Assembly: GCA_951406725.2 (NCBI GenBank)
Contig: OX597818.1
Span: 25,730,001 to 25,794,000 of the forward strand
Direction: 5' to 3'
Source: Octopus vulgaris
Taxonomy: Eukaryota
DNA length: 64,000 nt
The notes below the pieces were generated by a model that saw only the letters and a list, made by a program, of their open reading frames with translations, did no database searches and had not been told where the DNA came from. The position numbers were made by a program, and so were the translations under genes. Shown here one piece after another: positions 51,126 through 62,736 of this stretch (position 1 is its first letter; the number at the start of each line of letters is the position of its first letter).

Positions 51126-53547
51126 GAGATTCTGTCCATTTGTGTGTTTGTTTGTCCCATAAAATGAAAGTAAATGGTTCAAGGGAGGCAACACTAATTG
51201 TGCTTTATGTCAAGTCTTCTGTATTATGACATATCATGTGAAAACACTTCAACTTTTGACAAATACGAGATCGAGGCTTTCAAAAAATCAATCAGCCAAA
51301 CTATTTGCAGAGCAGCTTCCGAAACTCGGTAAAGGGAGAGTTCCAATTGATAAAGAGCAGTTTCTTGCACCCAATCCAATATGTAATTCAACTGATTCCA
51401 TTGATGATTTGGTGAATGAAATCTTTCCTAATCTTCTTCATAATTACAACAATACAGATTGGATCTGTGAGCGAGCTATCCTGGCTCCAAAAAATGTTTC
51501 TGTACATAGCATTAATAATATCCTATTGAATAAACTTCCAGGAGAAATATTCACTTATAACTCAACTGACAGTGTTGTTGATGATCAGGATATTGTCAAT
51601 AACTCCATCGAATTTTTGAACTTGCTACGACCACCAGGTACAGCTCCTCATTGTCTTCAGCTGAAAAAAGGGGCTCCTATATGCTATTACATAATTTGTC
51701 TCAGCCAAAATTATGCAATGGTACAAGATTAATTTTGCTCAAACTTATGACAAACTGCATTGAGACAAATATTCTCACTGATTGTAGTAAAAGTGAGATT
51801 GTCTTCATTCCTCACATACCAGTTATACCATCTAATGTCCCATTCCAATTTAAGTGGTTACAGTTTCCTATCCATGTTTCTTTTGCCATGAGCAGTAATA
51901 AAAGTTAGGGCCAAACACTAAAAGTTGCTGGATTGAAACTTGAACAACCATGCTTTTCACATGGCTAGCTTTATGTAGGAGCATCATGTGTGGAAGCAAA
52001 AGCAAATCTTTTTGCTTATGCACCCAAAATAAAACAAAAAACGTTGTTTATAATGAAATATTCACTCTTAATGCAACTTGAATACTTCAATAACTTAATT
52101 TGCCATTACTATCATTACATTCAAGAATGAATAAATTATTTATTTAAATGAAGTGTATTATATAATTGCCATTGCTGTATTGATGAATAAAACTTATAAT
52201 CATATAATAACCAAACAGAGGTTCATATATGAAATTGATCTTTTTCTACTTCAATTATCATATGAGATCCAGGCTTTCAAGAGATCAATCAGCTGAACTA
52301 TTTGCAGAGCAGCTTTTGAAACGTGGTGAAGGGTGAGTTCCAATTGATAAAGAACAGTTTCTTACACTCACTCCAGTAAATAATTCAACTGATTCTGTCG
52401 ATGATTTGGTGGATAAAATCTTTCCCAGTTTCTTCATAATTACAACATTACAAATTGGATCTGTGAGCAAGCTATTCTCGATTAAAAAATGTTGCTGTAT
52501 ATAGCATTAATAATATGCTATTGAATAAACCTCCGGGAGAAATATTCACTTATAACTCAATTGACAGGATTGTTGATGATCAGGATAATGTTAACTATTT
52601 TTGAACTCACCATCAGGTACAGCTCCTGTACAAGCATTAGGTACAGCTCGTCATAGTCTTCAGCTGAAAAAGTGGACTCATATTATGCTATTACATAATT
52701 AGTCTCAACAAAATTATGCAATGGTACAAGATTAATTGTGCACAAACACACGAGGAACTGCACTGAGGCAAATATTCTCACTGATTGTAGTAAAGGTGAG
52801 ATTGTCTTCATTCCTCACATACCAGTTATATTATCTAATGTCCCTTCCAATTTAAGTGGTTACAATTACCTATCCATGTTTCTTTTGCCATGAGATTAAT
52901 AAAAGTCAGTGCCAAACATTAAAAGTTGCTGGATTGCAACTTGAACAACCATGCTTTTCACATGGCCAACTTTATGTAGGAGCATCATGTGTGGAAGCAA
53001 AAGCAAATCTTTTTGTTTATACACCCCAAAATAAAACAAAAAACATTGTTTATAAAGAAGTATTCACTCTTAATGCAGCATGAATACTTCAATAACTTAA
53101 TTTGCCATTATTATCATTACATTCAAGATTGAGTAAATTACCTATTTAAATGAAGTGTCTCATATAATTGTCATTAGTGTATTCGTAACGAAAATAACAC
53201 ATACCAAGCACTTATTATTGTCATATAATAAACAAACACAAATTTATGTATGAACTTGAACTTTTTCCTACTTCAATTATTACATAATTTTTCTCTTATA
53301 ACATCATATAATTGCCATTACTGTGTTAATAAATAAAATAACACATACACCTCACTTATTATTGTCATATAATAAACAAACAGAAGTTCATGTACGAATT
53401 GATCTTTTTTCTACTTCAGTTATTACATATTTTTCTCTTATACACACATAGAGGAGGAGTAAATAATATATATAATAATACTTTGAATGTGGCTTCTGAA
53501 AAACAGTAAAAGTAATTGCCCAATCAACAACAGGTATTATTGCTAGT
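51110..53547 (+). mobile_element. Non-autonomous Helitron with two tandem decayed copies of the PIF1-like helicase C-terminus
   Basis: RAILAPKN, LCNGTRL, QFP..FAM..NKS, FSHGQLYV in ~51265-52260 and ~52260-53280; TATATAAAA..TGT 5' end; decayed hairpin plus CTAG|T 3' end. Confidence 0.85.
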
Positions 53548-53550
53548 TAT

Positions 53551-53584
<34 letters not shown>

Positions 53585-53606
53585 TTATGTATATATATAA
53601 TATATA

Positions 53607-53680
<74 letters not shown>

Positions 53681-54029
53681 TACACACAACCAATGGAGCT
53701 ACTAATAGTTCATGCTTTTATGACACTTGAACATATACCCTCAAGCAATCTTTCAGGCTCTCTTTGCATTATATATATTTTCAAAAAAGAGGATGTTGGA
53801 CAGTGAAAAAATAAGTGTGGAAAAAACGTGAAGAGGGTTGGTGCAAAAAATGGAATGAGAAAAGAGAACTGAAATCAAGAAAACTAAGATTCTTGTTCAC
53901 CCTGAGTGCAGAAAGCTCATTAAATGCAACTGGTATAGAACAAAATAACAAAAATTATGTCAAGTCTACAAGACAGTTACTCAATCTGGAGTGGGTGATG
54001 CTCTCCGATTCAATAAAAGAAACCTGTCC

Positions 54030-54380
54030 ATGAGTTTATACCTGCTAAAAATTTCAGATCTGGAATTAAACAGTGTTTTAGAATTGCTGGATTTAAGAAG
54101 AATATGAGATCTTGCTGTTATGCATAAGTTGCATTTCTTAGATCCATTAACCTATGGTTTGGATTTTTCCACCATCCTCCACTTAATTATATGTGCTGAA
54201 GAGCTGCTCTTCAAATACCATATGTGGCTAGCCAACTTAGTTGCATTACATTTGTTGATGTACCAGAAAGAAGATAGGTGGTTTGCATAATGTCTCTTGA
54301 ATTTGCCCTCACATAACCTGATATAATTCTTTTTTTGTAATTGATTTATCTTGAAGCATAGCTGTAACTTCAGCTCCATG
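54030..54380 (-). mobile_element. Penelope-like GIY-YIG endonuclease C-terminal fragment
   Basis: YIRLCEGKFKRHYANH..SF...LASHIW.LK...IKW...CNLC...FNSRSEI. Confidence 0.8.
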
Positions 54381-54499
54381 GATGAAGGAGTTTATCATAC
54401 ATGCCTGGTCAAGTGGGCAAACTTCAGGACTGCTAGATTTTACAGAGTTTTTCGCTTGCTGTTTTTTTTTCATTCTCTCTCCATTTTCTCCTTCTTATT

Positions 54500-54625
54500 C
54501 CTTTCCATCAAAGAGTGTAGGCTCAAAACATAAAAGACTTTTCCATTTTTCACAAGCATTAAACTAACATACCTGCTTGTTGTTCCTACACCTGTCTTCA
54601 TCTTTTGTTTATCTGTAAATTTAAA
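54500..54625 (+). mobile_element. PLE terminal-repeat remnant with CpG-decayed hammerhead
   Basis: Homologous to the reverse complement of 22660-22785. Confidence 0.55.
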
Positions 54626-54763
54626 CTGTAAAGATATATACTTGGGATTCCTTAACAACATTGTAACCGTTATTTAACTAAGAGTGAGTGTAAGAAACTG
54701 TTCTTTATCAATTGGAACTCACCCTTCACCACGTTTCAAAAGCTGCTCTGCAAATAGTTCAGC

Positions 54764-54846
54764 CTGATGAGTAGCTAGTGGAGTACTCCTTGCTGAGTAA
54801 TTATTACTTCCAAGGTTTGGTTGGCTTGGAAACATGTAGTCTGGAA
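54764..54846 (+). ncRNA. Hammerhead-like motif with its 5' stem replaced by captured DNA
   Basis: CTGATGA...GAAAC-AT-GTA-GTCTGGAA. Confidence 0.5.
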
Positions 54847-54915
54847 TTTACCTATCTCATTCCCTTAATTTGGAAATATACATACATACATACATACATA
54901 CATACATACATACAT

Positions 54916-54983
<68 letters not shown>

Positions 54984-55340
54984 AATACACACCAGTTTGC
55001 AGTGTTTTACCAAAAAGGAAAACTATAATTGTTACTAAATGTGATTTAGATGTTAGAAACACCTACATTACTAGAAATAAGAGCTAAAATGTTCTACTGG
55101 TGTAATGAAAGCCCTTAATTGTATACATATATACAGACAGGGACTATAGTCGTCTGAAAACACTGTTTAAGAATTCCTTATACAGAAGTCAGTTTCAGCA
55201 GTTTTAAAAATTGCTGAAACTGGTGTCGGTATAAGGAATTCTCAAACCATTTTGTTTAGGACAGGTATAATTATCAACACAAGAATATGTATCATACATC
55301 AAAATGAAGCTGGTCCTCTTTGGATATATATATATATGTA

Positions 55341-55397
<57 letters not shown>

Positions 55398-55401
<4 letters not shown>

Positions 55402-56080
55402 GAAATATTAAAATTACTAAGTCTCTTTAAAAGAGATTACGACAGCGTTTCTGGAAATTAATAGCTATCGCCATACTAATATGGCATTCTTAAAAATAAG
55501 AATAAAGCTGATTAGCTCCATAAAGCCATCGCCTCAAGCTAGCTACTTGACACACAAACTGCTGACTAGCAGGTTGAAGCGACTGACCTCCCCTGTTCGA
55601 AGGTGTAATAACGGACGCAGTTTGTGTGTCAAGTAGCTAGCTTGAGGCGATGGCTTCATGGAGCTAATCAGCGACAGCTTTATTCTTATTTTTAAGAATG
55701 CCATATTAGTATGGCGATAACTATTAATTTCCAGAAACGCTGTCATAATCTCTTTTAAAGAGACTTAATAATTTTAATATTTCTGTTATTGAAAACAAGT
55801 GGATGTATTCCACCGTAACTAGGTAAAATCTTTGAACAGAGACGGTCAGTAGCGTCACCTGCAGGTCTGACTACGCTGCATTGAGAAGGGGCAACAACCC
55901 TGAAACATGTCTGTAGCTGTCAGACTAGCAGGTTGAAGTGACTGACCTCCCCTGTTCGAAGGTTTAATAACGGACGCAGTTTGTGTGTCAAGTAGCTAGC
56001 TTGAGGCGATGGCTTCATGGAGCTAATCAGCGACAGCTTTATTCTTATTTTTAAGAATGCCATATTAGTATGGCGATAAC

Positions 56081-56089
<9 letters not shown>
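55398..56089 (+). mobile_element. PLE/retrozyme-like element: inverted arm plus 1.5 direct 359-bp monomers with a hammerhead-like motif (55875-55917)
   Basis: 55398-55562 is inverted relative to 55617-55787; direct repeat at 55564 and 55923; (TA)n on both sides. Confidence 0.7.
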
Positions 56090-56123
<34 letters not shown>

Positions 56124-56636
56124 CAAGGGTGAGTCAAAAAGTAATGTCATTTTGTTTAGGACAAGTATAATTACTAACACAGTAACATGTATCATACATC
56201 AAAATGAAGCTGGTCCTCTGTAGATCACATCCCCACTCCTCAACATAGTTACTGTTTCTCACAATAGCAATGTTCCACCTTTGAATGAGAGCATGTATCC
56301 CTGCCCCATAAAATTCTGTTAACTGTTCTTTGAGCCACTTCTTCACTACAGTTTTCACTTCCTTGTCATTGGTATAATGTTTGCCTCTCAAACCCTCTTT
56401 TGTGGTGCCATAGAGATAATAGTCTGAAAGCACTAAATCTGGTGAGTGTGGAGGTAGTGAAGAATTGGCTCAAAGAACAGTCAACAGAATTTTATGTGGC
56501 AGGGATACATGCTCTCATTCGAAGGTGGAACATTGCTATTGAGAGACCAGCTTCATTTTGATGTATGATACATGTTCTTGTGTTGGTAATTATACCTGTC
56601 CTAAACAAAATGGCATTACTTTTTGCCCCACCCTCG
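56124..56636. mobile_element. Fold-back mariner derivative made of two 3' ends
   Basis: TA-C(A/G)AGGGT termini; KWLKEQ..EFY.AGIHALI.RW on both strands. Confidence 0.8.
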
Positions 56637-56880
56637 TATATATATATACGTGTGTATGTATGTATATATGAGTGAGTGGATAAATGAAACACATTTAGTT
56701 GGCATTACATGTATCGTTTAAAATAGTATGATTTGGTTTCTGTGCTACTTTGAGTTTTGTAGGCTTCTAATGGAGCCCAACTCCTTCAGGCTTCTGGAAT
56801 AACCAAATAGAAAGGTCCAAGAAATCTAAGGTGGCTACTGAGAGATGGGATGATATTGCTCAAGGAGGGTTACATGATTC

Positions 56881-56965
56881 TATAGGGAATAATACTAATT
56901 GGTTAGTGACACCAGTTCCATCAGATGGAAATGGTGTCGCTACCGAATTGATATTATTCACTATA
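56881..56965. repeat. 85-bp imperfect palindrome, probable tiny MITE
   Basis: 42-bp arms around a central A; TATA termini. Confidence 0.7.
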
Positions 56966-57414
56966 ACACCATGTGTTATATTTGTGTTTTATATTATGTA
57001 CATGTGTTTCAGAAAGCTGACAATACATCAATTATATGAGCTTAAATGCTTGGTTATGCCACAAATACAAATGGCCCTCTGCAGCAGTATTATTAGTAAA
57101 AGTACACAAAGAGAGAAATGGGCTCTTATATACACAAGTATGCAAGTATAAACATCTAAGCTATTGTAGGAGAGGTGAGAGGATAAGAGAGCATGAGAGA
57201 GATGTGTGATGGAGTGGAAAAAAAGAAGGCCCTCAGGGCCATGATTCACTTAATGCATATATTAGCAGTAATAATAATAGCATTATAGTTCTCAGAGGAA
57301 CTGCAAGGATCATAGACATTACCTCTTCTACAAAGCTCAGTAAGTAAAAAAAAATAATAATAATCTATCCTAGTGAACTATTTGGTCTGCACAGCAACTA
57401 TCATTTCTCTTGTT

Positions 57415-57505
57415 TCAAAGGGTGGTCTCTACCACTGAAACTGCTTTTCTCATGCTCCGCTTCTTCCGGTCAGTACTATTGGTTAGGCCACATGAACAGG
57501 GCAAT
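57415..57505 (-). CDS. Candidate terminal coding exon (LPCSCGLTNSTDRKKRSMRKAVSVVETTL*)
   Basis: TTTGCAG acceptor; phase-compatible with 58176-58257; PDZ-ligand-like end; no homolog recognised. Confidence 0.3.
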
Positions 57506-58175
57506 CTGCAAACACCTGTCGAATCATATAGCAGTAAACTTTTGCTTTAAATACTCCTACCAACAATATTAAAGAGTGGCAGAATTTTACAATAGCACTG
57601 TCAACTCTCTTATTTGAAATGTAGTAGGATAACTAGTCACTCTCCTAGGACTGACTTGTTATCCTACTATATTTTCCACTCTCTCTATTCTTGCTAATGT
57701 TTCTTTAGGCTCTTGGCGTAACAATAAGAACCACAGTACAAGGCCACGTTTATAACACCACACCTTAAACTTCCAAGCCAAACTGCAATTAGCAATAGCA
57801 GTGCTATTGCTAATTAAACAGACATGCAATGATGATGATGGTGATGATGATAATGATGATGCTTGATTCCTTGAGTCACTGTGTAAATCAAAATTCTGTA
57901 AATAGAGAGAAATATGCTTTTAATGATATTATTAATAAAAGAATTCACAAACATAATTTCTACATCTCTTGTGACATGCAATTGATATTATGCAGAAAGC
58001 TTTTATTTAAAAAATTTTTTAAGTCATGCTGACTGCCTAAAACTTCAACTTGTAGTAGATTAGGTGTTTGGTTTGTAATGTTGGTTTGATTAAAAACTCT
58101 TCTTTTTGTCTTATAGTATTGCTGACTATAAATAGTCTTTTTTTGAGCTTTCTTTTCTATCCAATAATAACAGAC

Positions 58176-58257
58176 CTTTTTCCTTTGTCGCCAGATAGTT
58201 CCCATGTGTGTTTTGGATTTACTGAAAATTTGATAATTGGAAGCAACAAATAGGAAT
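58176..58257 (-). CDS. Candidate internal coding exon (SYLLLPIIKFSVNPKHTWELSGDKGK)
   Basis: TTTTTTTACAG acceptor, AAG|GT donor, open frame, repeat-poor context. Confidence 0.3.
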
Positions 58258-60821
58258 CTGTAAAAAAATATCTACTGTTAGATATTGAAATGGTTTACTA
58301 TGACTTAAGCACAGGATCATGTTTTGCAGGAGAAGAGAATTGACCAAATTGCATTGTACTTATTTTATCAACTACCATGAAGACAAACAACAAAATTAGT
58401 TTCCGGACAATATGATCTTAGAATTCATAATTCCTTTTATACAGTCATAAACAACTTCAGCCATCTCTTCTACTTTTATAATTGATTGTATTAATTAAAA
58501 ATAATAAAACTTTCCAGATGGAACAATACATTAGTTGATTCCAGGAAAATAAATCACAAAAGTTAAATCATTCCAATCTCTCAGAAACTTCGTTCAAAAA
58601 CTAAGTTTTAATTCAATAACATTCAAAATAACATTATTTCAGATGGCTCTAGTATATTTGCATTCTGTTGGGCATGAGATTCATTGATTTTTCAAATCCA
58701 AAATTCATTTAGCCTTTTTTTTATATATATTTTATTTGATATTTTAGCACAAATCCTTTTTAATTTACTAGTAATTTTAGTGCTGTGGAGATGAAGCAAA
58801 TGGTAACAACACTAGCCTGATTGTATCTGACAAATCATTGAACTTGGCTGAGAAAAGATTAAACACAGATCTCAGATTCCTGTGCAAGTAGCTTAATGCA
58901 AATAAAATATCTTTAAATGCACCAAAACTCAATACATTTCATTCCATTGCAAATGAAAGCTGGGTTCCATTTAAATCTGAAATTTAATGGAATGAAATTA
59001 TACCCTAGAAGATTTGTTAAATATCTTAGAGAGAATATATTAATGATGGTTTAGAATAGAATAAACACAGTACTATTTTATCGGTTATGATAAGGAAACA
59101 GAAATAAGATGTGTGCAAAGCCTATAATTTTTATATTGTGCATTCTTTTACTTTCACATATCTTCTACATGTTAAATATGGTGTTAAAAGATTATTTTTT
59201 AAAACAAGTCATTAGTTTTAATGTATGTGATGTTTCTATTCTTTAAAAATATGTACTTAGAATAGTTCTCCTAAGTATGAAATTCTCATTCTATAAATAA
59301 TCATTTTTTATCAACTTTGAATAATGAAGCTTTTTTTTTTTTATGCATCTCAACAAAACAAAGTAAACACCACCTATATTCATCAATGCTATTGAAATTC
59401 TAACATATCCTATTGTACACAAGCAGAACATGCCAAAGTTTTTGTTTTCTTCTTGCTGATTTCATAGTTTACATAGAAGTTTTCATACCCCATCAAATTT
59501 CTTGAGAGAGTTATGCTTATTTATAGGAAAAGATAGGGTCATTGTTCTGTCAGACTTGTATGATATTTATCAGATTGTTCTATTGTGCGAATACCATATC
59601 ATCTTTATCATAAGTGGTGCCAATTTTATACTCATTGTTGGTAACAACAAACTGGCTGTCATGCTTTCAGTGATATGAATTTAGGATTGAGATTTTGGTT
59701 TCTAGAGATTAGAATTAGACAATTTAGAAATAAATTTTATCGCAGTGTTTTTGCTTAAAAAATGAACGAATAACAAAAAGTTGCCAATTCTAGATTGGTG
59801 CATTTAAAACCCTATATTTTGTTACCCCTTTTTACCATTTATGTATGTTATCTTTGTCATATATTTCATCATTTGTATTGAATAACTGAACTTTGTTAAA
59901 CCAAATTTCATACAAATTGCAATAAATGAATTGTATTCTTTTCCATTCTATTTTATTGTACCAGTACATTTTGTCATGGTGGTTTAAAATAATGTTTCTG
60001 TTCTCTGAAATAATTTTTACAAATTAAATTTATCTTAACAAAATTTTTACTACAGTTATTAGAAAGGTATGTAAATAGTACATCATCCTTTATCTTGCAA
60101 CTGTCCTATTTTAATTTCTTTATCTTAAAAGATATATACTTTCTATATTGCTTATCCATGATATTGCTCATCCATGACACCTTAGCTTTGTGTCTATATA
60201 TAAAATATACATCTATGCCAGTACACTTTTTTTTCACTAGAATTAACACTGAACTATGAAACTTCCTCTCTTTTATGGGATTCTACAATTGCGTAAGCCC
60301 CCCAACATATATACAGCATGAAGGCAGGTTGGGATGATTGCTTTAGCTTGTAAACAATTATAATGTTCTTTCTGTTTTGACACAACCACTTCAATGTCCC
60401 ACTAATACAATTAATGCCATTCTACTTATCATCAGTACACTACAATCTAGCAACCATTGATAATTACTGCATCACTAATATTGATTTCTTATAATATGAA
60501 GTAATTATTATAAAAATAAAATATTATTCTCATGATGATGATTTATTATAATAAAATTATAAAACTATTATAAGAATAATAAATTATTAATTCAATAGTT
60601 ACTGTAGTGATAATAATAAGGATTTCAAATATAGACATGGGGTTACAAAACATTTTTCAGGAAAGGTTTAGTTTAATAAATCAACTCCAGTACTTGGCTA
60701 TTATTTGGTTTATTAATCTCAGAAGATAAAAAGTAAAGTGAATCTGTGAAAATTAGAACAAAAGAATGGAACTGAATACTGGAGTGTATTTTGTCCAATG
60801 TGCAATTAATATTTGTAGTAT

Positions 60822-60878
<57 letters not shown>

Positions 60879-60879
60879 A

Positions 60880-61095
60880 AATTGTCTTTAGTCTTGTTAC
60901 AAGGCCACCATTTTCTGAGCGTTGTGGGTTAGTGTATTTCATTGGCTCTGAACTCGACTGATTTTTTTATGTTTTAGTAACCCTCCCCAAGGGATGGAAG
61001 ACAAAGTTCACCTTGGTGGGATTTGAACACAAAATGTGAAGTGCTGAAAAAATACTGCAAAAGTTTGCATAAGGCGTGTTGTAAGAATGCTAAGG
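60880..61095 (-). mobile_element. Decayed SINE family B next to (TAG)n
   Basis: GGATGGAAGACAAAGTT...GGATTTGAAC core. Confidence 0.55.
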
Positions 61096-61764
61096 CATAT
61101 GAGATAAGAATGTTTGAAAGGAAATACAGCTTTGAAGAGAAGGGTTTTTGAACCATAATGAGAAAGAATTGCTCAATATAATTAAAATAAGCCCTTTTGT
61201 TCAAACCAGCAGTAGTTTTATGGGAATTTGAGCTATGAAACCAGAGATTATGTATCTTCTGATCCAAAAGTAGCCACACAGTTTTGGTCAGACTGGTACA
61301 TAACAGGGATGCAAAATGATTGGTGGTAGTAAAAGAGAAACTTGTAACCAAATATATGAGGATGCAAAAAGTCAGAGTAGGAAGTCTTGAACTGGAAGCC
61401 ATGAGGTTGGATGGAATCCAAGACTTCTGAGCAAAGGGATTGGATTCAAGAGTATACAGGGGAGACTGACTTTTCACCCAGACAAATGCATTTCTGATGG
61501 TGTAGTTCCAGATTGGATGACTTAAAGTACAAACAACTCTTATCGTGAAAAACATATCGAAGAGTATTGTGCACAGGAAGTGCAAACATAGCAGCAGGGC
61601 ATGATTAGTGTACTGGAATGTGTTGCTGCAGAAAGACAAATGCAAGATTTTTATCAGGTATTCAAATATATTAACTAAAATATTCATTTTATAGATGTTA
61701 ACTATTATCAACAAAAATCTGAAACTAATGCCAACTAGTATCACCAAAAATCTGCAATTAAATT

Positions 61765-62730
61765 TGCATAGATTGGTGTTACTGTGGTTCTTACTATAGC
61801 CCCAGCCTATGAAAATTTACTTATGGGTTATTTGAAAATTACAATGGATCTAAAGTCTCAACAAACACGTAGAAGATTCTACCAATATATAAAAAAAAAA
61901 AATTAGGAAAAACTTTTCGATGATTGCTTTATTCTATGAAATGAATGCAGAGAAAAATTAAATTAGTTAAAACCTTAATAATTGGAATGAATAATAATAT
62001 TCAGTTCACAATATAATGCAGTCAAGAAAACTACCAATTATAGATTTTCTAGTAATGAGAGTCAACAATTGGATTGAGACAGATTTAAAACAATATCAAC
62101 TACTTATTTCTGAAACACACTTGGAACATTCCACTTAATTTAGCCAAAGAGATGTACACAGCTGTTTCCAAGCTAAACACTCGTGGTATAAAACTTCAGG
62201 AACTTAAAAATATACTCATTGAAACATATTATCTACCATCTTTAATAGATGATGGGATGCATCAAGCCAAAACAATTGATGTTCCATTATTTAATTGAAC
62301 TATTGTAAAAAATAAAAGACAGTTAAAATTATTAAAATTGACATAACCAAATATCAAAATTATATTCAATGACACCTGAATTAACAGTTAAAAGATGTGG
62401 AGCAATCCAACTTTCGAATATGTTTAAATTTGCTTGAGAGTAAAAAAATTCCATTGTGAACAAGGAAAATTCTTCAAATTAAAGATAAACTTTACTGAAT
62501 CTAATTTATGAAATAACAGGTTCAGGATGTAGAGAGAATTATATAAGACAGACTGAAATAAACTTAAAGGAAAAGAATGACATTACACAGCTAGTAACAT
62601 TGATTTTCCAGCTATAGGCAAATATACCCTAGAGTGCATATAGATGCATATGCTGGTAAATGTCAATTTAAAAACTTTTTAAATCCAGACCTGTGTCCTC
62701 AAAGAACATCTGCCCAGTAGTGAATAAATA
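61765..62730 (+). mobile_element. Heavily decayed Penelope-like RT plus GIY-YIG
   Basis: IAPAYENLLMGYL (AP.YANLFMG), DDCFIL, IQFT, NIPLNLA, NL.YEITGSGCRENYIRQTE. Confidence 0.7.
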
Positions 62731-62736
62731 AGTTTC

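Noticed and set aside
51226-53083. Host PIF1 helicase gene
   Set aside because: Intronless, frameshifted, duplicated and bounded by Helitron-type termini
56831-57151. 106-aa ORF with a hydrophobic stretch
   Set aside because: Runs through an 85-bp palindromic MITE-like element; no ATG start and no recognisable domain
60974-61747. 257-aa minus-strand ORF
   Set aside because: No recognisable motif, composition typical of the antisense of A-rich DNA, and it overlaps a SINE
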